From: Tubiluchus corallicola
Taxonomy: Eukaryota; Animalia; Priapulida
Assembly (NCBI GenBank): GCA_030141605.1
Contig: JAQGDQ010000156.1
Coordinates: 248,001 to 312,000, forward strand
Reading direction: 5' to 3'
Length of the DNA: 64,000 nucleotides
In this document: piece after piece, positions 23,735 to 35,400 of the stretch
How positions within the stretch are numbered: position 1 is the first letter of the stretch
Layout of the letters: the number at the start of each line of letters is the position of its first letter
Program-made: the position numbers and the translations under genes
Notes under the pieces: model-generated
Database searches by the model: none
What the model was told of the DNA's origin: nothing
Seen by the model: the letters and a program-made list of their open reading frames with translations, nothing else

Positions 23735-25360
23735 CTATAAAACACCACTGACATAATCCACTTGACCACTTTCACTCCACCTTGCTGATTGCGACGACTC
23801 CGTCAGACCTGCTCTGTGGTTCAAGTACATCATTATCAACTTCACACAAAGGAACACTAACGGAACACCCAGCTGCATTAGGTAAAACGACAAAGATGAA
23901 ACTGCGTTCACATTAAAAGTCAAAAAGAACACAATGATTGTCACAAATGGATAAAAGCCAAGTTTTCCGGCTTGCTGTAGGTGACTTCTACCACCGAATG
24001 CTATCTCTGACTGCAGGCAATCACCAGGGTCAAACAGACCAACAACCCACAAACAACTCATGAAAAAGGAACTGAGGAAAATACAGACACAATTCATCTG
24101 GATTGATATCATCTCATTCCGCACTTCCACGTCATGTGGATTTAACCTGTCAATATCCAGAGTTCCAAACTCACTAGCCAACTTAAATCCAAGTGGCAAT
24201 ATGCCAATGCAGCACAGACTCAACGAGTTCAAAAACAACATTGTACCTGTGACTTTTTTCACCGAGTACAGCAAGCCATGATGAATAAACCACAATGTTC
24301 CAACTGTTATAAAAACTCCACCATAAGCTAAGAACACAGATGCATCAGTTTGAAGAGCAGCAATCAGCCCACCTGCTTTCTCCACTTCCTCTTCTGATGG
24401 CACGCTTGTGTCACAAATGTCCAAAATAATAATGGTGGCAACAATGGAGAACACACCATCAGAAAATGCCTCCAGTCTCTCTTTGACACAGAAACTAGTC
24501 AAGATGGAAAAATGGTTTCGCAAAAGTGTTTCATCATCTTCCTTATGTATAAAATGATTCCAGTACTTGTAAACTTTCTTCGTGCTCCACTTGATAAAAT
24601 TACTGAATGCTGCAGCCACTAACAACCAAAATGCCACATTCGGAGCAAATATGGCAATGAATATAGCCAACAGGCAAATGACTAGTTGCGTTCCAGTGTT
24701 CCAGTAAAGGATCGTCTGTATGCTGTCGCAAAATGGATGATCGCGGATGGACGGTTTCATTACCAGTCGACTACAGCGAAAAACATGCCAGATAAAAACT
24801 AACTGCAGAGCATCTATCACAACAAATAAACAAGCGTAGAGAATCACAGAAAAAATATCCACATTGTACATCGCTAACAATGTGAAAGCAAATGGAAGAA
24901 ATGTTATTGCCATCATCTCTGCAAGGTTGATCAGTACAATTAAATCATCTACATTTTCAACCAGCTCAAAAAGTCTGGCATGATTTGACCAAACCTCTAC
25001 CACTGTCAAAAAACACAACACATAAATTAAAATCTTTGGTATAAGCGTGCTGTAGGTAAAATATAGATTCTCATCACCCTGAATTTCCGAATGCGTAATA
25101 GGAACAATCATTAGAGTTGCTACAATTGCACATATAGCATCTGCGAATGCTTGGACTCTCCCTGAACTTGCTACTGTCTCTTGTAAACCTAATCTCTTGG
25201 CAATGTCAATGACATCATGTGCATTTGATGCTTTCAAACCAGTCATAAACTGTTTGAATGTTCTGTTTGTGTGCTCATTTGTAGGGATTCCTAATGTACT
25301 GTCTTCCGGCACCTCCACTTCAGAAACACTAAACACAAATTCTTCATCAGAATCAGCCAT
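23735..25360 (-). CDS. TMEM175: Endosomal/lysosomal K+/H+ channel TMEM175 (541 aa, single coding exon)
   Basis: Two 6-TM repeats with RVQAFADAICAIVATLMI and RLEAFSDGVFSIVATIIILDI, WSNH / WFIHH motifs. ATG 25360 (MADSDEE) sits 1 nt after a TTTTCAG acceptor; the first 18 aa of the ORF-track protein are probably intronic. Confidence 0.96.
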   Translation of the reverse strand: MADSDEEFVFSVSEVEVPEDSTLGIPTNEHTNRTFKQFMTGLKASNAHDVIDIAKRLGLQETVASSGRVQAFADAICAIVATLMIVPITHSEIQGDENLYFTYSTLIPKILIYVLCFLTVVEVWSNHARLFELVENVDDLIVLINLAEMMAITFLPFAFTLLAMYNVDIFSVILYACLFVVIDALQLVFIWHVFRCSRLVMKPSIRDHPFCDSIQTILYWNTGTQLVICLLAIFIAIFAPNVAFWLLVAAAFSNFIKWSTKKVYKYWNHFIHKEDDETLLRNHFSILTSFCVKERLEAFSDGVFSIVATIIILDICDTSVPSEEEVEKAGGLIAALQTDASVFLAYGGVFITVGTLWFIHHGLLYSVKKVTGTMLFLNSLSLCCIGILPLGFKLASEFGTLDIDRLNPHDVEVRNEMISIQMNCVCIFLSSFFMSCLWVVGLFDPGDCLQSEIAFGGRSHLQQAGKLGFYPFVTIIVFFLTFNVNAVSSLSFYLMQLGVPLVFLCVKLIMMYLNHRAGLTESSQSARWSESGQVDYVSGVL

Positions 25361-25867
25361 TCTGAAAATATAAAAGCAGTATTTCATTGTTTTAGTAACA
25401 ATTTTATTATTCACAACTCAGAAAATATTGTATGTTGTAGTTATATTCATTTAATTAACAGCATTTTCGTTGTATGTATGACTTATGCTATATATGCAAT
25501 CATAAAGTATATGTTATGTATGATATGTATTATTACTATTAATTACATACATGAAGAGACTAGAAAACTGTCATAATTTCAGTGTTTCTGATGTTCACCA
25601 TAATGCTTTGTTTCCCCAAAGCCAAAAGTCGCTTAGTCAGGCCACACCTAACTTATCCAGCATTACATTATTTCATTTAGGTGCAAATGGATGAAAATGC
25701 TAAATTAAAAAATATGACATAAAAGATTATTATGACTGAAACGTCAAAAAACTTATTACTACGAAGTAATGAGATGCAATGTTAACTGATTCAAATGAAC
25801 CTACATAGTTAACTTAATGATATTAATAATCCATAACTAGGATAAAGCATAACTCCATAATAATATA

Positions 25868-26783
25868 TCTACTATTATATTAATATTCTTGGTATATATA
25901 TATATATATATATAAGATTCGAGGCTACAGCCCGGACGAGGGCACCATTTGCGGCGATCTATATATCAAACGAAAGGTCTCGATCTAGTGTCTTCTCATA
26001 TATTAATATTCTTGGTATATATATATATAAGATTCGAGGCTACAGCCCAGACGACGGCACCATTTGCGGCGATCTATATATCAAACGAAAGGTCTCGATC
26101 TAGTGTCGTCTCATTGGGGGTTTATTTTTCGAATCGGGCCCACCGCGAGGAACGGGGGGCGAAAAACCTCCAAAAATGGCCATTTTTCGGCCGTTTTTTG
26201 CAAAAGTTATACGCCTGAGATGTAGAGAACGGGAATGGGCCGAGGGTGGTGCTGGGTATGGATAGATAGCCCGTTCAGCGATGGGTGTCATAGGCCTATT
26301 TAGAATTCGCGAGAGGGCCACGGCGCCCCGCAACGGGCGTTTTTCCGGACCCAACTCGCGATTTTTTCGAAATTCTGATTAAACAGCATGCGGAAAAAAA
26401 CGTTCTAGCGGCGCCTGGTGGGACTCTCGGAAGGAGATATATAGCTCTTTACAAAGAGAAAGAACGGGGCTACACGATGATGTGGGCTATATTTTAGGGC
26501 AGGTCCACCGAGAGGAGTACCGTCGAGTTAATTGGATGTTCTATTTTCGACAATTTTCACTTAGAAAACTGCTGACGCAAAGCCATTGTAGTGACGTCAT
26601 CCATTGTACCCTGTCTATAATCTTATAGCTTTAATTCAGCAAAAAGCTGCTACAGGCAAAGTAAACAAACAGTAGGCAGGATGTTACGGGCTTTGTGTTA
26701 TAAATGAGTACTAGGTAGAATGTTCGCGTATTATTGATTACACGTGTATTTATACGCAAAATCTTTTGCGGGGCCTTTGCTAG
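25868..26783 (+). mobile_element. Non-autonomous Helitron (916 bp)
   Basis: Inserted between A (25867) and T (26784); 5' TCTACTATTATATTAA; 3' hairpin CGCAAAATCTTTTGCG shortly before terminal CTAG; no TSD; GC-richer than flanks; tandem duplication near the 5' end. Confidence 0.85.
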
Positions 26784-28329
26784 TTAATTATTAATATTAA
26801 GTCTAAGATATGGCCAAAACGCAGCTTCTTGCAGCAACGTTGCCACTTTCTTTCAATATGATAACATCGGCGCTATTCGAATAACAACAACACCGGAACA
26901 ATTAGTGAATGATTATAATCCCCATCAAAATTGTACATTCAAATATTTTTATAGTAATAAGTCACATTAACACACATCACATGATAACCGTGCCAGTTGA
27001 TCTATGTTGCCAGTACGCACAGCGCAAGTTGGAAATTCACACATCTACTTAAACGGTGTTAGTTTTTAGTGTGATTGCACGACTTGAACAATAGCGAACC
27101 TCGGCGCCTCAGGCGATCGACAAAACGGCGACTGTAATAAATAGTAATACTAATAATATGTACGCTGTTTGCTCCTTTATGAATAATATAATTTTTCTCT
27201 ACCTATACGTATGACTTTCATCAATTTTCATAAAAATGAACGTGCTGCGTGAATTGAAAGTCATACCTACAGGTCTGTGTGCAGTGTGCACTGGCATTGG
27301 CCTTTCTATCATGCTTTATTGATGAATGATGATGCCAATACTAACAGACTGTTTAAGAAGATCATGTTTGTATAGCTTTATCATACTTTTACAATTACTT
27401 TGTTACAAAATCAATGTTCACCATTGCTGTAATTTTAAGAACCTTCCTCTTTTTTATATTGGTTAAAATATTGTGATTAATGCTATAATGCTATAATTAA
27501 TGCTATAGCAACTAAAAGCACCTTTGGACTCGGCACTATTTGTTTGAAATGTCTAATTTGTGGGATTCTTTCTCTGCCAATCAAATTTCTAGACACGAGG
27601 ATGTTATCAACAAATTTGAACTTTCAAGTTACATGATCATTGATCAAATACATACAGATGCAGGGTGTAGCATAACAATTTGTTACAGGCATACAGAGAC
27701 AATAAATAACAGTACCAAAAAATTTATTACACGAAAGTATCGCTAATTGAGTAAGCATCTATCATGCTCACAGTATTTAGGATAAAAACCTCATATGCGT
27801 TTTGCGCAGGTTGCAATCTTGTTGGGATGATCGGAGCAGATCGAACTGAATGCCCTGGTAATTCAATTGACACCAACTCTGCCAAAGACCCTGGAGCTAA
27901 CCTGAAAGACAGTATGCATGGAGGCTAAGATGATCTAGAAACATCAGTACCATTGATTAGCGGTGTTTGAAAAGCAAGCTTGTGAGACATTGTGTGTAAG
28001 ATGCTGGACATTCTTGAGTTTAGGATCTCTCCGAATCTGTTATCCCTGAAGATTGCAGACTGTGCGAAATTGCTCACCAAGACAATTGTGTTTGATTTTG
28101 CTCATCTGTTTATGAATCGGTTCTAGTGGGAGCACAGGAACTAGACGAGATTTTCACACGTATCAAATGCTGAGCGCTTGATTGATTCTTATCAGTTTAC
28201 AGCTATTTTGATGCAATGAGTCATTCTGTAACGCTACTCGTAGTTTTTGTGCCCCACTAGCAAAAAAAGCTATGTTACACACACAATGTACACTTTACAA
28301 GCAAATAAGCGGATGTGTATAACAACAGA

Positions 28330-29550
28330 ACAGCAGCAGAAGAACATTTATCTGGGCAGGTAACTCCAAAAACCGTGATCCTGCCAGGAAAACAACCACG
28401 TCTCCTCTTGTCCCTATTGCATGGCAGTATACATTGCTGTTGAACCCTTTTGCAGCTAAAGTTAAACAATGCCAAGTCTTTTGAGTAAATCAACGAGTCA
28501 GCTCATCCCTTATGGTCAGTTTCATTTACCATGCTTGTCCCAGCTGTTTGCTTCATTGAGGGAGGCTGGTATGTACTTTCAAGTATGGTTAATAAACATT
28601 ATACTGATCTTTGTTTATTGATAATTCCGTCCTGGAGGATTATCCTTTATTTAATGTCCCATGGTCTTGACTGCTCTCAAATAGTTGATCCCGTCTTGCA
28701 GAAAGCCAGAAAAGGACAAAAGGAAGAGGCTGGCAAACGATTTCCGTAGTCCTTTAATATGTGTAGTGAAACTGCTACTGTCAGGTAGACTGAGATAGGT
28801 CATCAACCGATCATTAGTGTATATTGGATGTATAGCGAGGGTCCGCTGGTCTACTAGCCTCAGTTCTACAAATTGGTTTCACTTTATGGCTGCAGATGTC
28901 GCCACGGCATGGCAGCAGAACAGAAGCATGATGCAGTCTGCAAAATTATGCATTATTGAGGAGCAACGAGAGGCCAAGAAGAGAGCATTCGCTTTTTCCA
29001 GAGCAAGAAGGCAGCAGTTCATAGAAGTATTACAAACATTTATAGAATTTGCTTAATATAATAGGAATTTGATACAGTTATTATGAAGTTGCTGTTTAAT
29101 GCAAGTGATCTGTAGCCAGAACGCTGGTTATGTAAAAATTATTAATGCAGCGAGTTTGAGTCACATCTTCGTGCGTTATAAAAAAGGATAAAATTTTGGT
29201 AACCGGCTATGTGACAAAGGCATCGCCACATGGCAGCCATCTACGCATTGTTCTTACACCAAAGAGAGCAAATTAGAAGTTTCGTTTATTTGAAGGCGCT
29301 GTGCTAGTTGACGTAACATTTCACGTCTTTTTCACTGAAAGAGCTTGACCAAAGTTTACGACGACGATATTGACATGCCTTCACTAGGTACTAAATTCGT
29401 GCGTTTCTTTCGAACCTTGTCTCAGTCGTCGGATAACACAGCAGAAGAACGTTTACCTGGGCAGGTAACTCCAAGAACCAAGAAGCGGGATCCTGCCAGG
29501 AAAACAACCACATCTCCTCTTGCCCCTGTTGTGTGGAAGTATATCGCTGG
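28330..29550 (+). repeat. Local diverged direct repeat, about 110 bp (28330-28440 and 29438-29550)
   Basis: CAGCAGAAGAAC.TTTA.CTGGGCAGGTAACTCCAA...GATCCTGCCAGGAAAACAACCAC.TCTCCTCTTG occurs twice. Confidence 0.9.
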
Positions 29551-31874
29551 AGGGTAAGTTTAAGAAAACTAATGATTTAGTACAATGGTTTTAGGCACAA
29601 AAATATTCGGCATATCATACTCAGGAAAGTCTTCTCAATGAATATACCATACACTTGAAAATTATTCGTGTTATTATTTTGAACGTAGGCTTATAAATCC
29701 AAGAAAACCTTATCCAAAGAAATAATACATTATACAAGGTGAAGCTTAATAAAATTGATTGAGTTCATTGAGTTTATCTAACTCCCTCAATAATAAGTCA
29801 ATATTATGAGATTATATTTTTTTAAATTATAGAGACCAAAATTAATAGACTGTAATGTTAACAACTGTCGTGTACAGCGTAAGAAAAGCTGTCTTACAGT
29901 CTCAGCTATTATTAAGATATTGCAAATAAAATAGCCATGAAAAGTCTTAACTAATTATGTTACTATATTTTCGTGATTTTGATGCTTTTTAGTGGTTCAG
30001 ACCTTGCAACGACATTAGTTTGCAAGAAAAAGATTAATTTTGCTACTTTGCCATAATTTGAATTTGTTACTGTAATAGATTAATCATGCATCATCGCTCT
30101 GACTCTGTTGGTTGTTACAAGTCGTCCCTGCAAGGTCAAACGTTTACGTTGGGTAAAGTTCAGGGTAAGGTAACTCTGTATATGCATACATTATTGACAA
30201 CTCTCGAATACATTTTGCGAGAAATCAGAAATCAGAAGTCTTCTTTAAGGTACTTTCAAGTCTGCTTGCAGTGGCATATCTGTCCGAGTATGAAAATACG
30301 ATGGAAATACTGCTGAGTAGATTGGTAGAAAATGGTAGAAACGATTCATGGCCTTGTATTCCTCGATGTAATGCAATGAGGTAGGCCATTTCTTGCGAAA
30401 AACATGTTCAATGTTTATTTGTTCTCTTCGTGGACCTCTTTTTACTACCAATCTGCCAGCAAGGGGCCTATCAGTGTAGCAGCGAAGACAAGGCAACTAA
30501 CTCCCGATTTGCACGCTGTGTGTATGTAACATCATTACGTAAGATTTTTGTAAGCTTCGAACAGCGCACCATAGCGGCCGTAAATCGAGACCTGATAATT
30601 ATGAGACATCAAAAAGGTCGTGGATTAATATTTAATTTTTTCATTTGCTGCTTTAAAATATTCATTATTACATGTTTTATTCACGAACGAACGCGCCTAT
30701 TCTGCTTGCATTTTTTGTGCATGTTTGTTGACTCAGTTCATTTGATGATCAATGAATATCTTGTTTTGTTTACAGCATTTTCTAATAACATATTTTCTCA
30801 GCACTCTGCTAAGTTCTGGACGCGCCAATGTTGGAGAAACTTTACACGGCTTGATTTGAAGCCACGCTCAATAAGCTTAGTGGTTTCAGGAAACCTTGGG
30901 CCTCGGTGGTCGAGCGGTGTACTAAATATAACTGGGCTTAACACAAATGTCTTTAATTCTAGAATCCATTAGTATCTCTCCTCTTAGCGGTCTGTTTCTG
31001 TTCTTGCTTTCCCAGCATTACCTTACAAGCTTACAGTTTCACAACTTTCACTTATATGAACAATTCACGCGGTTTACTGCTTCTCGTGCAATGTAGATTC
31101 ATTACGTAATAAATATATTTATTACATAATTAATGCGAGTCGAATTATTTTTGTGATGACATTTTCTTTGGTCGTAATTGAGTCTCATGCAAAGAAGCCG
31201 CACGTGACGTACAGCACTTTTTATCATTCCTACGTTCATTTCCTTAGCATTGCCCGCAAAGATATCCAATGTTGGTGATATGATGTTGTCATTGACAGCT
31301 AATCAGTTGAGACTATTTTACTACAAGTACTGGTAATGATGAGACTTTCCTACCACTTCCAAGATTTCATGAAATTTCAATATCTTATAAATTCATCTTC
31401 ACGGGGCGGGTGCGGCTGAGTAGAAACCCAATTCTCAGACAGTGATAGCTTGCACTTTGAGGACCACCCAGAAACAATAGCGGCCGTGCCGCATGAAAAT
31501 TCTCAGACAGAGACTGGTTGCAGGCACTGGCTTGCAGACGTTTCACAACTGTCTCACACCTCAGCATTGTCGACCAAACACACGGGTGCGACTTGCAGGT
31601 GGAATAAGAAATGAGACCAGCATGAAGGGTTCCTTTATGCAAATGTGCTATCCTCACAAGAATGTCCCAAACTAAGAAATGCTTTTCGTGTTAAGCAGTA
31701 TGTTAGCCATTGAAGAAGCAAACGTATTTTGTCTATGACTCTGCGTGAAGGTCACTAATGTTGAAAATCGGTTCTCATGTGCAACTTGTGTTTATTATGT
31801 TTTATTAATCCTAATATTGCTAACCATTTTGCTGTATTTTAATAAACTTCATAAAGGCGACACGTCTGGCGGCT

Positions 31875-32205
31875 TAGTTCCAGTGATCTGCAATGATTTG
31901 TAACTCTGCCAGGTCACTCTCACTTTCTAACCTGGCTAGGTCAGTTTCAGTGGACTGTGGTTCAATGAATCTCAAACTTTATCAGATCACTTTCAATGAT
32001 CTGCAGCCCAGTGACCTCTAACCCTGCCAGGCGTTTTTCGTCCATCTGCGCTTCAATGACCTGTATACTAGCCAGGTCATTTCAGTTATCTGCAGCCTAA
32101 TGACCTCTAGGCCTGCTAGATCTGTTTCAGTTATCTACAGACCGTTGACCTCTAACATTGCTAGGTCTGTTTCAGTTATCTGCAGATCAATGACCTCTAG
32201 CCCAC
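31875..32205. repeat. Degenerate minisatellite, 45-bp unit with 15-nt sub-periodicity
   Basis: TTTCAGTTATCTGCAG...TGACCTCTA...TGCTAG.TCTG repeated at 45-nt spacing (32080, 32125, 32170) with more decayed units to the left. Confidence 0.8.
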
Positions 32206-32742
32206 TGAATGTCACTTCTGACAAGTGGCAAACTGAACCCGTTAACATCTAGCCGATAGAGCTCAAATCAGACTTTTATCCCATGATCCTAGAGTAATGA
32301 ATTCCACCTTAGCGATTTGTTGCAATAAATGCTGCAAAATTCACGAGTGCAAACTTAGTAAGCTCAAGATTTCTCAGCTAATATCCTGAATTCCCGATAA
32401 TTTAAAACCCGGGTAAACTCTAATCTGGGTTATGTCCACTTTTGTGACCTCTCAATGACCTCCAGCTTCCTGTGCACTAGTTCTTTGATGTCCCACGGAC
32501 TCCCACCCAGCGAATCCCTGACACAGTGGCCTTCAGCCCAGTGGATTCCAGTCACTGGAACTCTGAGCCGCGATCTCCAACTCAATGAGTTCTATTAAAT
32601 TTTCTGAGTCGAACTGCATTGAAAGTTTGTTGCAGAATACGTTCCATACAAAATGGAATCTACTTTGGTTTTTAAATTTGTGACGACGTTCTAAATGAGC
32701 TCCTGTTTAATTAGTTCTAATGTTGAGACAACAATCCCTCGC

Positions 32743-33005
32743 CATGGCGGATTAAGAGTTATAGAGGTCCATAGGCGTAACAGGTAGGGATTTGGAGTCC
32801 AGAATGGAACCTCTGAAACCAATGCATTTCATGCAACTTAGCAATGTTTGAGTCCAGTTGTGGAATTCTCGATGCTTAAATTGACTAAAATTTTAAATTG
32901 AGAATTGAAAGCTTGGCTCTTGAGCTATTTACTTTTTGCTACAATAAGGGCCTAATTTGGCTCTACAGAATGAAGCTTCTAGGCACCTGATGGATAATCT
33001 GCCAC
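32743..33005. mobile_element. Degenerate MITE (TGGCGGATT-type termini)
   Basis: TGGCGGATTA near the left end and TAATCTGCCA at the right end are inverted; no clear TSD. Confidence 0.35.
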
Positions 33006-34299
33006 AACCACCTTTTAGCGATCATTAAGTTAAAGAGCCTCATCTTGTAGGTTTTAATTACGGCTGATCTGCGGCTCATTGAACCCGATTGATTTTTTCG
33101 CCTATTTCGCCGTGCGACAAGATGGAAGGACAGGACACTGAGGATAGAACAAATTTACCCCAGTCATGCACTTGTTTTATTTCGTGGGTTAAGTGGCCGT
33201 GATGACATGACGTAGACGTGCGCAATAAAACTACCCGTCCCAAACTGTTTATGGCGAATTAAATAAGCAATTCAAGGGGGCGAACAGCTGAATATTTATG
33301 TATTGGCAGCTGGATGTTGACATGTTGTTCTGACGCATGTGTCTGATGAGATGCATCTTAACGTTAATATCAATAATTAAGGCACGTTTATCACCACAGC
33401 TGCATTATGAATGCGTACACATGTAACGGAAATAGTATCCACTCGGTTACTCGGAATTTTACGTTAATGACTTTCGGGGTTTTTTGTTTAATCTTGTTGC
33501 AGAAGACCTGTTTTTAAGAAGATTTCTAATTGGGGCAGGCTGTTCAAAGAATGACCAGATTTCTTTTTTGCTTCTCGTTTTTCGTTTTCTCTAGTGTTGA
33601 ATGTCCCGTTCTTGTTTTTTGGCCTGGTTTGCCATTTTTCTTTTGATATGTGGGGCTAGTGGGTCTCAGACTGCCGTTCTCAAAATCATTTTTATAAAAT
33701 TTGACTGATTTCTATAGAAATTTGTTGTGCTGTAGTTACGATAAAACTGAAACAAAAGTTAATTTCAACAGAAGACTTGAGGTGAACGAAATATAAGAAT
33801 GTCTGGTAATTAACAGTGCCCGCCTTCCTTAATAGCAAATTAATTAAGTAAGTAACATTTATTTATTCCATGTGTTAAATCTGCTACATAGCATTACGTA
33901 TAAAATCTGCACACATTTTAATGAAAGTACACTCTACATACAAATAAAACAATAAAATTACAATGAAAAGCATTCAAGAAACGGAGAGGATGAAGTAAAA
34001 CTGATATTTTCCTTTCCCTTTTAACGAGCGTTGTTTTATCCCTAAAACTGATTTTTGACATTACTATCTATAGAATATAATGTTATACTTTACATTACAC
34101 ATTACATCACGCACACACACTTTAAATAACATCGCGCATGCATACTACGTTACATTATATTCCACACTGTACAGTATATATTAAATTAGATGCTACATCT
34201 AAAATTACATTTACATTTAAAATCACAAATGAAATTGTATACTAAAACTACATTTAAAATTACATTTTACTGTAAATGGTTGGCACATTATTTTTAAAA

Positions 34300-34500
34300 T
34301 CATACATTGTTACAGTCGTAACTTTTGGTGACTGCCAATTTAAACCTTTTTTGAACATGCTGATGCTTTTACTTTTTTTTAATTTCACTCTCTAGGCTAT
34401 TCCATAGCTTAGCAAACCAAAAACTGATACCCACATCGATCTCTTTCTTGTTCTCACTAGGGTTACTTTAAAATAAGGTAAATTAAACACATATACATGT
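34300..34500 (-). mobile_element. CR1/L2-group LINE ORF2 C-terminal fragment
   Basis: Minus-strand translation FAKLWNSLESEIKKSKSISMFKK is typical of the end of CR1-group ORF2; (TTACA)n-like microsatellite at about 34085-34270 lies on its 3' side. Confidence 0.55.
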
Positions 34501-35139
34501 AACAACGTTATGGTAAAGGATTTAGCGTTTCGCCTTAACTGCTGATAATTTTCATTATCCTATATATAGACAGTACAGTTCAAAACTCACGCAATGATTG
34601 TTCTAAACATTCCAGTTATTTACGACCTGTGGGCCTGTAGGCACATTTATGACACCAATCCGCATCAATTCTGGGTTGTTTCCTTGAGACTGCACAGTAA
34701 ATGAAGCCTGTATTTCAGCTCTATCATGTCATATACAGTCAGGAGTAACTCAAGTACATGCACTCTTGACGTGGTTTCCCTGAAATTACTGATTATCCAT
34801 GTTAATATACGACATGGGCGAGGTACCTAATAAGTATCATGGTAACCCGCATCGTCATTCATCAGACATGTATAACTGATACACCTGATTATTAAATAAT
34901 TAGTGCAACAAAAATTGAAATAGAACAACACGTGCATTTTGTTATGTAAGTAACTTTTATGCGGTAAAAGTTGTAAATTAACTTCACTTCGATTGACTCT
35001 CACCATAAATAAATTCACAAATTGAAAAATGTTTTCGTTGCAGTTTAAAATAGGCTGATTGAGACAAAAACTGAAATAAGGGCACTCTATAGAGGTGGTG
35101 CTCAACATGAAGCTACTCATTTATTTTGACAGTTTTCGA

Positions 35140-35400
35140 TATTGTGACCTTTGACCTTTGACTTTTTGAACTCAAAAGCAAAGGTATCCAGGTCTTACCG
35201 AGAAGTACACAACTATCACTATGCTAAGTTTGGCGACTGCAACTTTGTCTGCTTTGACTTGTCACTTTATAGACATGATTTGATCTCATGTGTGACCTTG
35301 ACCTTTGATCTTTCAAACCGATATCAGTGGGGTTTCCAGTGCTTACCTAGACCTATCTCTACCCAAGTTTGATGATTATAACCATACAAAACTTTATTTA
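35140..35400. repeat. TGACCTTGACCTTTGA-type interspersed repeat fragment
   Basis: Two GTGACCTT(T)GACCTTTGA motifs (35144, 35292) each followed by a CAAGTTTG-like motif, a pattern common in invertebrate Helentron-associated repeats. Confidence 0.5.

Noticed and set aside
30430-30972. 180-aa ORF (and overlapping minus ORF 30245-30496)
   Set aside because: Non-ATG start, F/C/I-rich composition typical of AT-rich non-coding DNA, no recognisable motif.
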